Source of the DNA: Psychrobacter sp. | GTDB taxonomy: Bacteria > Pseudomonadota > Gammaproteobacteria > Pseudomonadales > Moraxellaceae | NCBI GenBank assembly: GCA_029264635.1 | Contig: JARIAA010000260.1 | Location: 1 to 41,120 of the forward strand | DNA length: 41,120 nt | Direction of reading: 5' to 3' | Part shown: piece after piece, positions 27,568-38,962 of the stretch | How the letters are laid out: every line of letters begins with the position of its first letter | Position numbering within the stretch: position 1 is the stretch's first letter | The notes under the pieces: model-generated | The model's database searches: none | What the model was told of the DNA's origin: nothing | What the model saw: the letters and a program-made list of their open reading frames with translations, nothing else | Program-made: the position numbers and the translations under genes

Positions 27568-28445
27568 CAGGCCACCTCATTAAAATCAGTTTTGTCAATG
27601 CGGCGGCTACTGGCGCGGTAGGCGAGTAATAACACAGCCATTGCAAGGGTTAATAGCACACTGGCTGCTGCCCCAAAGGGCCAATCACGGGCATCCAAAA
27701 ATTGGTTTTTGATAATATTACCAACCAATAAATTGCGCGAGCCGCCTAAAATATCGGCCACATAGAACATGCCCATCGCTGGTAATAACACTAACAATAC
27801 GCCTGAGATGATTCCAGGTGTAGTCAATGGGAGTACCACATGCCAAAAGGTCTGCGTTTTTGAAGCGCCCAAATCTTGGGAGGCGAGGAGCATATCATTA
27901 CGCAAGTCCGTAAATACGGCATACAGCGGCAATACCATAAACGGAAATAATAAATAAGTAAGACCAGCAATCACCGCACCTTGCGTATACAAAATATCAA
28001 TCGGCGTATCGATAATGCCGATGGCTAATAGCGATTTATTAATCAAACCATTATTTGCAAAGAGCAATTTGAGCGCATAAGTCCGCACTAAAGAGTTGGT
28101 CCAAAAAGGTAGTATCAATAGCATCATCAGTAAGGGCTGCCAGCGAGCTTTCGCTTTGGATACCAGCCACGCAAAAGGATAGCCAAGTAGCAAACATAGC
28201 ACAGTGGTAATACCCGCCATCCATAACGAATGCACAAAAACATCAAAGTAGAGCGGATCAATCATGCGTATATAACTGTCGATACTGACAGGTAAGCTGA
28301 TAAACGCGCTACTATCACGAGTCAAAAAGCTGACCGCTATCACTAATATATTTGGTAATAGTGCAAATATGATCAGCCAGCCCCAAATAAGCCACAGCGT
28401 CGCTGTACGAAAAGGACTTTTGCCGCCTAAGCTATGACGGGCCAT
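27567..28445 (-). CDS. potB: Spermidine/putrescine ABC permease PotB
   Basis: PFWTNSLVRTYA, PFMVLPLY, ASQDLGA and RDWPFGAA. TAATG overlap with potA. Confidence 0.92.
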   Translation of the reverse strand: MARHSLGGKSPFRTATLWLIWGWLIIFALLPNILVIAVSFLTRDSSAFISLPVSIDSYIRMIDPLYFDVFVHSLWMAGITTVLCLLLGYPFAWLVSKAKARWQPLLMMLLILPFWTNSLVRTYALKLLFANNGLINKSLLAIGIIDTPIDILYTQGAVIAGLTYLLFPFMVLPLYAVFTDLRNDMLLASQDLGASKTQTFWHVVLPLTTPGIISGVLLVLLPAMGMFYVADILGGSRNLLVGNIIKNQFLDARDWPFGAAASVLLTLAMAVLLLAYRASSRRIDKTDFNEVA

Positions 28446-29716
28446 TAGCTCATATCCTTTTGGACGCTCAGGCTAGCGGTAGCATCCATAGGCTCAGCTG
28501 CTATATCATCTGGAGCATCCTCGTCAGGTAATACCCACTCCCAGCCATCGACCCAGGAGACTTTGACAGCTTCATTCAGCTTATAATCAAAGCTTGGATC
28601 GTCCTCATCAAAGAACTCCGAGGCTTTAATAACATGTCCATTTGTCAGCTCAATAATCGAATCTAGCGTGCTGCCTTTATAGTTACTTTCGATAACGCGG
28701 CCGAGTAATCCCGTTTGCGTCTGATCATCTGCCTCATAAATCCGTAAATCTTCAGGACGGAGTAGTAAATTGACGATATCGCCCACTTGTACGCCATTTG
28801 CAAAATCAGGCAGGCGTAAGTTACGTAAAGTCGTTGGACCCTCTTGCGCCTGCGCCTCACAGACTTCGACGGCAATGCGCCCATTTGTCACTTGTCCATC
28901 ACGATTTGGCTGGTCAGGATACACGCCCTTTACCTCTGCTCTAAACAGATTAGTCTCACCGATAAATTTGGCCGTAAATAAATTGGCTGGGGTTTCGTAA
29001 ATCTCGATAGGCGTACCAATCTGCTGAAACGTGCCATCTTTCATCACGGCAATACGATCCGACATCGATAGCGCCTCTTCTTGGTCATGGGTGACAAAGA
29101 CAAAGGTAATGCCAAGCTCACGTTGCAGACGCTTAAGCTCAGACTGCATTTGCAAACGCAGCTTATGATCGAGCGCCGATAATGGCTCATCGAGCAATAA
29201 TAACTTGGGACGATTGATCACCGCTCGCGCGATGGCAACGCGCTGCTGTTGTCCACCTGATAAATCCTGCGGTCTACGATTGGCAAAGCTGTCCATCTGT
29301 ACCATGCTTAGCGTCTCGCGTACCCGCGTTTGAATCTCGTCTTTAGGTACTTTTTTGAGCTTAAGACCATAGGCAACGTTTTGGGCGACGGTCATGTGCG
29401 GAAACAATGCATACTGCTGAAACACCGTATTGACGGGACGCTTATCAGCGGACAAACCTGCCATCTGTACCCCATCTAGATAGATTGCTCCTGCATTTGG
29501 CTGCTCAAAACCTGCAATCAACCTGAGTAGTGTCGTCTTACCACAGCCCGATGGGCCAAGCAGCGTTAAAAACTCTCCATGCTTGATATCAAGGTTGATG
29601 TTTTTGAGTACTTCCGTTTGATCGTAGGTTTTTTTGAGGCCAGTCAGTTGCAATAGCAGTGGTTCAGCGTCAGGTGACGCAGGCGCTTTGTTCAAGTCTG
29701 AAGTTGATGAGGTCAT
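28445..29716 (-). CDS. potA: Spermidine/putrescine ABC ATPase PotA
   Basis: [43 protein letters not shown] and C-terminal FFDEDDP...SWVDGWE. Confidence 0.93.
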   Translation of the reverse strand: MTSSTSDLNKAPASPDAEPLLLQLTGLKKTYDQTEVLKNINLDIKHGEFLTLLGPSGCGKTTLLRLIAGFEQPNAGAIYLDGVQMAGLSADKRPVNTVFQQYALFPHMTVAQNVAYGLKLKKVPKDEIQTRVRETLSMVQMDSFANRRPQDLSGGQQQRVAIARAVINRPKLLLLDEPLSALDHKLRLQMQSELKRLQRELGITFVFVTHDQEEALSMSDRIAVMKDGTFQQIGTPIEIYETPANLFTAKFIGETNLFRAEVKGVYPDQPNRDGQVTNGRIAVEVCEAQAQEGPTTLRNLRLPDFANGVQVGDIVNLLLRPEDLRIYEADDQTQTGLLGRVIESNYKGSTLDSIIELTNGHVIKASEFFDEDDPSFDYKLNEAVKVSWVDGWEWVLPDEDAPDDIAAEPMDATASLSVQKDMS

Positions 29717-30027
29717 AAGATTTTTCCTAAAATACCAAATTGTCGTTACCGTCTTAATAGCGGTGATTACATTGAGCGTTATTTGGTATCAATATAAGCG
29801 TGGTCTGGTTGCTGCGTATTATAACAAACCTCTGCTATAAATCCGCGCAATCTCGTTATAAGTTATGTGCCCTATACCGCTATAGTCATAAAACCTTGGC
29901 TAAATTTTCTTTAAAACGACATTTTTTAGCATTTTTTTGACGTTATTCCTATACAATCATTTCATAACTGACGAATATTTTGCCACAACCTATAATTTTA
30001 CTCGTGATTGACAATCAAGGACCCATT

Positions 30028-30666
30028 ATGCCAAACGATACCCGCCCAAAAACAGGTCAAGAAGCGCTTGAGCTTTTAAAAGAGGGCAATGCGCGCTATG
30101 TTGAAAGTCTGACTAATCTAGATCCCTGTATGCAAAAGCGTCCAGAGCTGATCAGCGACCAAGACCCTTTAGCTATCATCTTGGGCTGCTCGGATGCCCG
30201 CGTACCCGTTGAAATTGTTTTTGATCAAGGCTTGGGTGATTTATTTGTGATTCGAGTAGCGGGTAATGTGGTGGCGCCCTCACAAATCGGTTCGGTTGAG
30301 TTTGCCGCCGAAAAGTTTGGCACAAAACTGGTTGTGGTATTAGGACATTCGCACTGCGGCGCTGTGACGGCTTGTGTGGAGGCACTTATCAATCCTGAAC
30401 AGCACTATTCGCCAAACTTACAGTCCATTGTCGATCGTATTCGCCCAAGTGTCTATAACTTGCATGAACTTGCCACCGCCAACGGACACGATGTGGATGC
30501 CGATGAGCTGGTCGATCGCTCTATACGTGCCAACGTGCGTATGTCAGTTAGCCAGCTTAAACATGGCTCGCGAGCGTTAGAGGACTTATCAAGCAGCGGT
30601 CAGCTATTGATTGTCGGCGCTGAGTATGATTTGGAGACAGGAAAGGTACGGTTTTTAGACAGCTAA
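30028..30666 (+). CDS. Beta-class carbonic anhydrase
   Basis: CSDAR and HSHCG Zn ligands, RVAGNV, L..GN.RY. Start at ATG 30028 after AAGGA. Confidence 0.93.
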   Translation: MPNDTRPKTGQEALELLKEGNARYVESLTNLDPCMQKRPELISDQDPLAIILGCSDARVPVEIVFDQGLGDLFVIRVAGNVVAPSQIGSVEFAAEKFGTKLVVVLGHSHCGAVTACVEALINPEQHYSPNLQSIVDRIRPSVYNLHELATANGHDVDADELVDRSIRANVRMSVSQLKHGSRALEDLSSSGQLLIVGAEYDLETGKVRFLDS

Positions 30667-30816
30667 CGCTGTTTTATGATACTTATACTCTTACAAAACC
30701 ACATCGATAAAAATGCTGGTTTTGACTATGATAAGAAGTGCGAATTGAGGCTACCAAGATAATCTGGTAACCCTCAGTCTTTAACTTTACTTATTCGGCC
30801 AACTATTGGAATAACT

Positions 30817-31398
30817 ATGTCAAATTCAGCAACCGTTACTGATAATCAATCGATGCAAATAGCAACAACAGAGCAGCCTGCTAGCAGTGTAAACGCAGAT
30901 GGCGTCCAGCCTATTGCTGCCAATACTACAGGCTTTACTTTTAACCACACCATGCTACGAGTTAAAGATCCTGCCAAGTCGTTAGCATTTTATACGGGGG
31001 TCCTTGGTATGACCTTATTGGCGGTAAAAAAATTCCCAGAAATGGCATTTGATCTGTATTTTTTAGCTAAGCTGACCGAGAGCGAGCGTGACAATTTGCC
31101 CGCTGGTGATGATTTAGAGATTTTTGCGTTCCGTCAACGCGGGATTTTAGAGTTGACTCACAATTATGGTACCGAATCTAAAGCTGACTTTAGTTATCAC
31201 GATGGCAATAGCGAGCCTCAAGGTTTTGGGCATATATGCTTTAGCGTGCCTAATTTAGATGAAGCGGTTGCTTGGTTTGACAAAAACAACGTTGAATTCA
31301 AAAAACGTCCAGAGGAGGGCAGTATGAAAAACATCGCCTTTATCAAAGACTTTGATGGCTACTGGATTGAGATTGTCCAAGCTGATCTGATGAGCTAA
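30817..31398 (+). CDS. gloA: Lactoylglutathione lyase (glyoxalase I)
   Basis: NHTMLRVKDP, LELTHNYGTE, GFGHI and DGYWIEI. Confidence 0.94.
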   Translation: MSNSATVTDNQSMQIATTEQPASSVNADGVQPIAANTTGFTFNHTMLRVKDPAKSLAFYTGVLGMTLLAVKKFPEMAFDLYFLAKLTESERDNLPAGDDLEIFAFRQRGILELTHNYGTESKADFSYHDGNSEPQGFGHICFSVPNLDEAVAWFDKNNVEFKKRPEEGSMKNIAFIKDFDGYWIEIVQADLMS

Positions 31399-31452
31399 AT
31401 TTTTACAGATAATTTTATCAATAATCAAAATAGTAAAAGGAATTGACTCTAC

Positions 31453-32445
31453 ATGCCCACCTCTGAAGCCAGCGACGCAGCGAATATAGTGGCGGCTGAC
31501 GTCGATCCAATGGCCAGCGATGCAATGACATATCAAAGCATTATCCATACCGCGAATGATTTGCTCAGTAGCTTTATTGAGCGTATTCCTTATTTTGTTG
31601 CCGCTTTAGTGGTTATGGTGATTTTTTGGCTGCTTTCGCTCTTTTTCAAAAAAATAGTGCGTCAACTGCTTGGCAATCATAGCCATCACCAAAATCTGGT
31701 CAAAGTTTTTCAGCGTGTGGGCAGCGCTTTAATATTTTTTATCGGCTTTATGATTGCGATGGTGATTGCCATTCCAGGATTTACGCCAGCCAAGCTTATC
31801 GGTGCGCTCGGTATCGGTTCAGTAGCGATTGGGTTTGCTTTTAAAGATATCTTTCAAAATTTATTGTCAGGGATTTTATTACTAATCTCAGAGCCGTTTC
31901 GTATCGGCGACCAGATTGTATCAGGTAATTATGAAGGGACGGTTGAGGATATCAAAATCCGCGCGACCACCATCAAGACCTATGATGGTCGTCAAGTCGT
32001 CATTCCAAACTCTGACTTATATACCTCAGTATTAACCGTCAACACCGCGTACAAGCAGCGCCGTTTGCAAGTTGCTATCGGTATCGGTTATGAAGATGAT
32101 ATTGAGATGGCAAAAGCTGAGATCATCAAAGCGCTAGAACATTCAGATACCGTATCGACCAAGGCTGAGCCAAGCGTGATTGCGACCGGCTTTGGGGATT
32201 CGACGATTGATTTGATGGTGCGCTGGTTTATTGAAGATGGCACACAAGCCAATAAAGTGGCCTCCATCCATCAAGTGATTGTAGAGATTAAAACCGCGCT
32301 AGATAGGGCAGGGGTCAATATTCCTTTCCCTATTCGTACTTTGGATATGAGTGATCCTTCAGTAAAAGCGGTGGTCAAATCGCTTAAAAATCAAAATGAT
32401 ACTAGAGAAAGTAGCACTCATAAAAAGAGCCTTAAAGCAGAGTAA
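31453..32445 (+). CDS. Small-conductance mechanosensitive channel (MscS family)
   Basis: GIGSVAIGFAFKDIFQNLLSG, PFRIGD, GTVEDI.IR.T, IPNS and IPFP. Confidence 0.92.
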   Translation: MPTSEASDAANIVAADVDPMASDAMTYQSIIHTANDLLSSFIERIPYFVAALVVMVIFWLLSLFFKKIVRQLLGNHSHHQNLVKVFQRVGSALIFFIGFMIAMVIAIPGFTPAKLIGALGIGSVAIGFAFKDIFQNLLSGILLLISEPFRIGDQIVSGNYEGTVEDIKIRATTIKTYDGRQVVIPNSDLYTSVLTVNTAYKQRRLQVAIGIGYEDDIEMAKAEIIKALEHSDTVSTKAEPSVIATGFGDSTIDLMVRWFIEDGTQANKVASIHQVIVEIKTALDRAGVNIPFPIRTLDMSDPSVKAVVKSLKNQNDTRESSTHKKSLKAE

Positions 32446-32474
32446 TTAACGAGTCTGTTCAAAATTTGAGCAAT

Positions 32475-32511
32475 AAAAAACCACCATTATCTTAAGAAGA
32501 TGGTGGTTTTT
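32475..32511. terminator. Bidirectional terminator between MscS and cytochrome c'
   Basis: AAAAAACCACCAT...ATGGTGGTTTTT. Confidence 0.85.
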
Positions 32512-32564
32512 ATTTTTAGCACTTAGCAATAAGATGCCAATAAAGAGAGTGCCAATCGTTAAGA

Positions 32565-33038
32565 TTAGTTATCTTTTTTCACTTTATATTCAGTATGGCA
32601 GGACTCACAGCTATCACCAACTTGACTAAATGCAGGCATGACGTCAGCCACACTCGTTGCATTTTGCGCAGCCGCGTTTAGCTCAGCCGTCACTTTCTGA
32701 AAATTTTCAGTTTCAGCAGCGAAACCATCAGCATTAGACCATACCGCCTCTGTTGCATTGCCCACCGCTTCTGCATCTGTAAAGTGAGCCCAAGGGTTTT
32801 TGGCTTCTTCTGCTAAAAATGCCGCTTGTTCTTTAAATACAGCTGCATCAAATGTGTCGGGTTCTTTAGCCATGCCGCCCATGACTTTCATTGCATCACC
32901 ATAGTTTTTCATAATGTCTTGGCGAGCTTTAATATCAGGATTGGTAGGGCTACTACATGCTGTCATACCAAGCGCTACCGTAATCAGTGTTATACCAAAT
33001 ATGGATTTAAATGAAAGGTTGGTTTGCAACTTTATCAT
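32565..33038 (-). CDS. Cytochrome c' (class II), lipoprotein
   Basis: Lipobox-like MTAC, IKARQ..MK, A...VWS..F and C-terminal CESCH..YK. Confidence 0.9.
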   Translation of the reverse strand: MIKLQTNLSFKSIFGITLITVALGMTACSSPTNPDIKARQDIMKNYGDAMKVMGGMAKEPDTFDAAVFKEQAAFLAEEAKNPWAHFTDAEAVGNATEAVWSNADGFAAETENFQKVTAELNAAAQNATSVADVMPAFSQVGDSCESCHTEYKVKKDN

Positions 33039-33169
33039 CAGTTTGACTCCTTTTTATAAAACTTAACAGGCCCGTTATTGAATATTGGCCTTCCGATTCA
33101 AGCGTCATCGCTTATTGTTTACATTTAATGGTCGCTTATAAATAAAGATTTTTAGCAGATTGATAAAAT

Positions 33170-33194
33170 AAAGGCCAGCTGTTATAGCTGGCCT
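33170..33194 (-). terminator. Intrinsic terminator after hemF
   Basis: AGGCCAGCT-GTTAT-AGCTGGCCT with an A-rich flank (U tract on the minus strand). Confidence 0.75.
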
Positions 33195-33246
33195 AGTTTA
33201 TATCACTTACTCTTATATAAAATGTGGTTCTTTTTGACCATTATGC

Positions 33247-34290
<1,044 letters not shown>

Positions 34291-34311
34291 TTATCGGTCG
34301 TGATAACAAAT

Positions 34312-34992
34312 TTATTTATTGAGGTGCGCGGCCGTATAAAACTCTTTATCCAAAAGATGACCCATGCGGTCACGTTTGGTTGCTAGATAGTCAGCATTGG
34401 TATCATTGACACCCACGACTAAGGGCACACGTTCTACCACATCGATACCGTTTTCAGTTAGATAGGCCACTTTATCAGGGTTATTGGTGATAAGTCGCAC
34501 TGCATCAACGCCGACGTGAGCGAGCATGGGACCACACATATCATAGATACGGGCATCGGCAGGTAGCCCTAACAATAGGTTGGCATCTAGCGTATCATGG
34601 CCTTGATCTTGTAAGGCATAGGCGCGAATCTTATTGGTTAAACCGATACCGCGGCCCTCTTGGCGCAGATATAAAATAGCTCCACAGCCGACCGCTTGTA
34701 TAGCTTGCATGGCCGTATTAAGCTGAGCGCCGCAGTCGCATTTCAACGAGCTAAAAGCGTCGCCTGTCAGGCACTCTGAATGAATACGAACGAGAGGAAC
34801 AGGGTGGTCTTCTGATTTGTGTTGCTTAATAGCGTCTATGGGCGCAGCCTCATGTTTTAACAATGGATTGACCACTGGTAGACCGACGGTAAGCATCAAA
34901 TGCTCTTGACCCTCTTCATTCTCAAAAATATGAATATCAAACTCGCCGTGACGAGTGGGTAGTTTTGCGCTGGTAATAAATTGATATGACAT
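34312..34992 (-). CDS. ribA: GTP cyclohydrolase II
   Basis: [30 protein letters not shown] and YL.TK...MGH. Start at ATG 34992 (AGGAC RBS). Confidence 0.96.
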   Translation of the reverse strand: MSYQFITSAKLPTRHGEFDIHIFENEEGQEHLMLTVGLPVVNPLLKHEAAPIDAIKQHKSEDHPVPLVRIHSECLTGDAFSSLKCDCGAQLNTAMQAIQAVGCGAILYLRQEGRGIGLTNKIRAYALQDQGHDTLDANLLLGLPADARIYDMCGPMLAHVGVDAVRLITNNPDKVAYLTENGIDVVERVPLVVGVNDTNADYLATKRDRMGHLLDKEFYTAAHLNK

Positions 34993-35623
34993 TGCTGTCC
35001 TGCATAGGCCGATCATCATGGCGGTAGAAGAGTTATTTGATTGTTACAGCTGTGCTGTAATCATTATGCTGTTTAAAGCCAGATGTGTTAATCGCTAACA
35101 TAATGACAAGTACATTGAACCATCTGGTCATCGTTTTATGGTGCTAATGATGATAGCATCCTGATCTTGTTTGTGAGAAACACACACAAAGTTCACAGAC
35201 TAGGCACGATGATTGAAGCGACACTTTAAAAAAAATGCTATTATGCCATACTATTTAAACCGATACAGTGACAAGTCTTTGCCCTTACATTACTGTATCG
35301 TCATTAGTGCATAGTAACCAATATATCGTTATGATGGTTTTTATTATCATAGTTGCTATTATATAGGCCCTATAGTGATATGACTTCTTTAATAATGATA
35401 GATTTAAACAAAGCATGCAAATTTACTTATGCATATATGAATAACCTGTAAATACTAATAAACAGTGACAAGCGCTAAGCATATCGTAATCTATCATCAA
35501 AGCCTGCGTATTTTGTACGGCTTTAAGGTAGATAACCTTATATACCCTATCAATACGATAACGGTATATGGCGATATAGTAAAATAGTGTCTTGTCAGCA
35601 GCTTGGTAGGTATCGTACGATTT

Positions 35624-37723
35624 ATGCAGCAGTCACCTTATTTTTCACAGTCTCAGTCAGCATCTGTTTCATCTGATATGTCGCTATCTAAACCATTAGC
35701 TACTGACTCTGCTGCGTCCTTTTCAGGTCTGCAACAGACATTCATGCAGATACCGCGTACGCGTCCTAGTACGCCGCTACTTGATGCAATTGATGGCCCC
35801 TCAGATATTAAGTCATTTACAACTGATCAGTTAATGGTATTGGTTGATGAGCTGCGCCTGTTTTTATTGTATTCAGCAGGCCAAAGCGGTGGGCATTTTG
35901 GTGCAAATCTCGGCGTGATTGAGTTGACAGTGGCGCTACATTATCTGTTAGATACGCCTAATGATCAGATCGTTTGGGACGTGGGGCATCAGGCCTATGC
36001 GCATAAAGTACTGACTGGTCGCCGCGATCAATTGGGCACTATTCGCTCCAAAGACGGTTTGACTGCGTTTCCAGAACGTGCAGAGTCAGTTTATGACACC
36101 TTTGGGGTTGGGCATTCATCTACCTCAATCTCAGCAGGCCTTGGGATGAGTTTGGCGCTGCGCTATCAAGAGCGACCACAGACGGTTGCTTGCGTGATCG
36201 GTGATGGGGCAATGACTGGTGGCATGGCTTTTGAAGCTATGAATGATGCGGTACAGCAAGACGCTGATTTATTGGTAATTTTAAATGATAACGACATGTC
36301 GATATCCTGTTCAATCGGTGGTTTTTCACGGCATTTAGCAATGTTATGGGAGTCGGGCTATCAGGTCGATATCTCAGAATCAGGTGCGCCTATATTATGC
36401 CAGCGTCCAAATATGCAGGCGTTTGACAGACGTAAGCGCCATAGTGCGCTACGTGATGTACCGCAGCTTGAGGACAATTTATTTAAGGCGATTGGTTTTA
36501 CGTATTTTGGGCCGTTTGATGGTCACAACATTCCTGAGCTACTGCGAGTATTATCACTAGCAAAGCAGGTATCAGGCCCTGTATTGGTGCATATTTATAC
36601 TACCAAAGGTAAAGGGTTTGCGCCTGCTGAGGCCGATCCAGTTGGTTATCATGCCATCAGTAAGTTACCAGCTGAAGACATTGTCGCTTGTGATTTTGAC
36701 CAAGAAAAAGCGGCTATCGCAAGTAAGACTTCTGAGGGCAAGGGTTCTCAATTAAAATACTCGCAAGTGTTCGGACAGTTCTTATGTGATAAAGCCGCAC
36801 AAGATGACAAATTACTAGCTATTACCCCAGCCATGGAAGAAGGCTCAGGAATGATCGACTTTGCTCGTCAGTTTCCCGAACGCTTCTTTGATGTGGCGAT
36901 TGCAGAGCAGCATGCAGTGACATTAGCGGGCGGCATGGCAACACAAGGCGTCAAGCCCATTGTCGCTATCTATTCAACCTTTTTGCAGCGCGGTTATGAT
37001 CAGCTTATTCACGATGTGGCACTACAAAACCTTGATGTGACATTTGCGATTGATCGAGCAGGCCTTGTGGGTGAAGATGGCGCCACCCATGCTGGGGTGT
37101 TTGATTTGGCGTTTTTGCGCTGCGTACCCAATATGCTTATTGCTGCGCCAAAAGACGAAAACGAGTGCTATCATCTGCTGAATACTTGCTACGAGTACCA
37201 AGGAAGTACAGCGGTACGTTATCCACGCGGTACGGGAACGGGGGCAATGATAAGTCGTCCTGCGCAAATTTATAGAATAGGTCAGGCTATTGTAGAGTCA
37301 GTATTTGGACCAAGTCATGCTGCTAAAAAGCTTGCTTTATTGGCATTCGGTACGATGGTTGCTACCGCAGAACAAGCGGCTAAAAGACTGACATCGGACA
37401 GTGCGAATAACGACTGCCAAGTACAAGTTGTTAATATGCGCTGGGTAAAACCCTTAGATACCGATTTGCTTGAGACCTTGATTGAGCAAGGCGTGACTCA
37501 TATTGCAACGTTAGAAGAGCACGTGATTATGGGCGGCGCAGGTAGCGCTGTGAATGAGTATCTGCTTAATGCGTCACCCGCGTTTGCCGTGAATCGTCCA
37601 GTGGTTTGCAATATTGGTATTCCCGATTGTTTTATCGCTCATGGTTCACAAGCAGAGCAATGGGCTGATTGTGGTTTGGATACAAAGGGTGTGGTTAGTC
37701 AGTTACAGCGTCTGTTGTCCTAA
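35624..37723 (+). CDS. dxs: 1-deoxy-D-xylulose-5-phosphate synthase
   Basis: [55 protein letters not shown] and RYPRG. Exact start uncertain. Confidence 0.96.
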   Translation: MQQSPYFSQSQSASVSSDMSLSKPLATDSAASFSGLQQTFMQIPRTRPSTPLLDAIDGPSDIKSFTTDQLMVLVDELRLFLLYSAGQSGGHFGANLGVIELTVALHYLLDTPNDQIVWDVGHQAYAHKVLTGRRDQLGTIRSKDGLTAFPERAESVYDTFGVGHSSTSISAGLGMSLALRYQERPQTVACVIGDGAMTGGMAFEAMNDAVQQDADLLVILNDNDMSISCSIGGFSRHLAMLWESGYQVDISESGAPILCQRPNMQAFDRRKRHSALRDVPQLEDNLFKAIGFTYFGPFDGHNIPELLRVLSLAKQVSGPVLVHIYTTKGKGFAPAEADPVGYHAISKLPAEDIVACDFDQEKAAIASKTSEGKGSQLKYSQVFGQFLCDKAAQDDKLLAITPAMEEGSGMIDFARQFPERFFDVAIAEQHAVTLAGGMATQGVKPIVAIYSTFLQRGYDQLIHDVALQNLDVTFAIDRAGLVGEDGATHAGVFDLAFLRCVPNMLIAAPKDENECYHLLNTCYEYQGSTAVRYPRGTGTGAMISRPAQIYRIGQAIVESVFGPSHAAKKLALLAFGTMVATAEQAAKRLTSDSANNDCQVQVVNMRWVKPLDTDLLETLIEQGVTHIATLEEHVIMGGAGSAVNEYLLNASPAFAVNRPVVCNIGIPDCFIAHGSQAEQWADCGLDTKGVVSQLQRLLS

Positions 37724-38031
37724 ATAAAATCATCAATGTTTAGCATAATGCTTTAGGTATCGTTTTTATATTGAACGGGTTATAACGCCTGCTTGCCGTA
37801 GGTGCTCACTGTTTTACAGCTTGCGTGATTTTCGATGGCAGCCGTTAGAGATGGCAGGCTTTGTGTTTATGGTCGTTTTTATTTTTTATCACATTTTAAT
37901 ATAATACAGTCAGACTTTTAAAGGTCGTATAGGTGTAATAGGGCAGACAATTGATATGCCGATTACGTATATAAATGCAATATCTGTAGTATTTACTCGT
38001 TTAATTCATTCACTAAGTAAATAGGTTATTT

Positions 38032-38859
38032 ATGGAACCCATGGTCGTCATCGCAGCGCGTGCCGCTGAAAAAGTTGGTGCAGAGATTTTAAATGCGCAT
38101 CAAAACCGTCACAAAATTGAGTTTGATACGGAGTCAAAAGGTCTGGATGGTTTGGTGACTCGTATTGATCGTTTTAGTGAAGAGTTAACCATCGCAACGC
38201 TCAAAAACAGTTATCCAAATCATTCATTTTTGGGTGAAGAGTTTGGTATGCAAGAAGGCCGCGGTGAAGACGCAGATTGGTGCTGGATTATTGATCCGCT
38301 TGATGGCACCAAAAACTTTGTTCATGGCGTGCCGCAGTTTTGTGTATCGATTGCCGTACAGCATAAAGGCGTCACCCAGCATGGTGTAGTCTATGACCCT
38401 GTACGTGATGAGATGTTCTCTGCCAGTCGTGGTAAGGGTGCACGTCTAAACCAGCGCCGTATCAACGTCAGTGAACGCAAAACGCTTGAGGGAGGATTAT
38501 TCACAACGGGTCATCCTCTTGAGCGTCAGCGTAACGGTCAGATTACATCTTATGCGAAAGAGCATTTTGAAAGCTTACAAAAATTAACTGAAGCAGGTGG
38601 TCAAATCCGCCGTTTGGGATCAGCGGCGCTTGATTTATGTTATGTTGCCGCAGGCCGTTTTGATGGCTACTTCGAGATGTCCATTAAGCCGTGGGATATT
38701 GCTGCAGGTGAGCTGATTGTTTCAGAAGCACGCGGTGTGGTCGTCGATCATACAGGGGCCCACAACTCTATGAAATCAGGCTCTATTTTTGCCTGTAACG
38801 TGAAGCTATTAAAACCGTTGATGCAAGTGGTCGTCCCAACTTGGCGTGATGCAGTATAG
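38032..38859 (+). CDS. suhB: Inositol monophosphatase / Nus factor SuhB
   Basis: GEE, WIIDPLDGT.NF, RRLGSAALDLCYVA.GR.DG and WDIAAG. Confidence 0.92.
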   Translation: MEPMVVIAARAAEKVGAEILNAHQNRHKIEFDTESKGLDGLVTRIDRFSEELTIATLKNSYPNHSFLGEEFGMQEGRGEDADWCWIIDPLDGTKNFVHGVPQFCVSIAVQHKGVTQHGVVYDPVRDEMFSASRGKGARLNQRRINVSERKTLEGGLFTTGHPLERQRNGQITSYAKEHFESLQKLTEAGGQIRRLGSAALDLCYVAAGRFDGYFEMSIKPWDIAAGELIVSEARGVVVDHTGAHNSMKSGSIFACNVKLLKPLMQVVVPTWRDAV

Positions 38860-38910
38860 TCATTAGATGCGCTTTTTATTTGAGCGCTATTGTTTATAAA
38901 TTGCGACTAC

Positions 38911-38945
38911 AAAAAAGCTGGTTTCATTATGGAGCCAGCTTTTTT
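38911..38945. terminator. Bidirectional terminator between suhB and wax ester synthase
   Basis: AAAAAAGCTGGTTTCAT-T-ATGGAGCCAGCTTTTTT. Confidence 0.88.
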
Positions 38946-38962
38946 GTTGACCATCAAACGTT

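Noticed and set aside
32451-32470. IS-end-like sequence GAGTCTGTTCAAAA (also GGACTGTGTCCTAAA near 25619)
   Set aside because: No partner inverted repeat, target duplication or transposase remnant.
36300-36480. Divergent segment of Dxs after NDNDMSIS
   Set aside because: Falls in the known variable loop of DXS, the frame is intact, and it looks family-typical.
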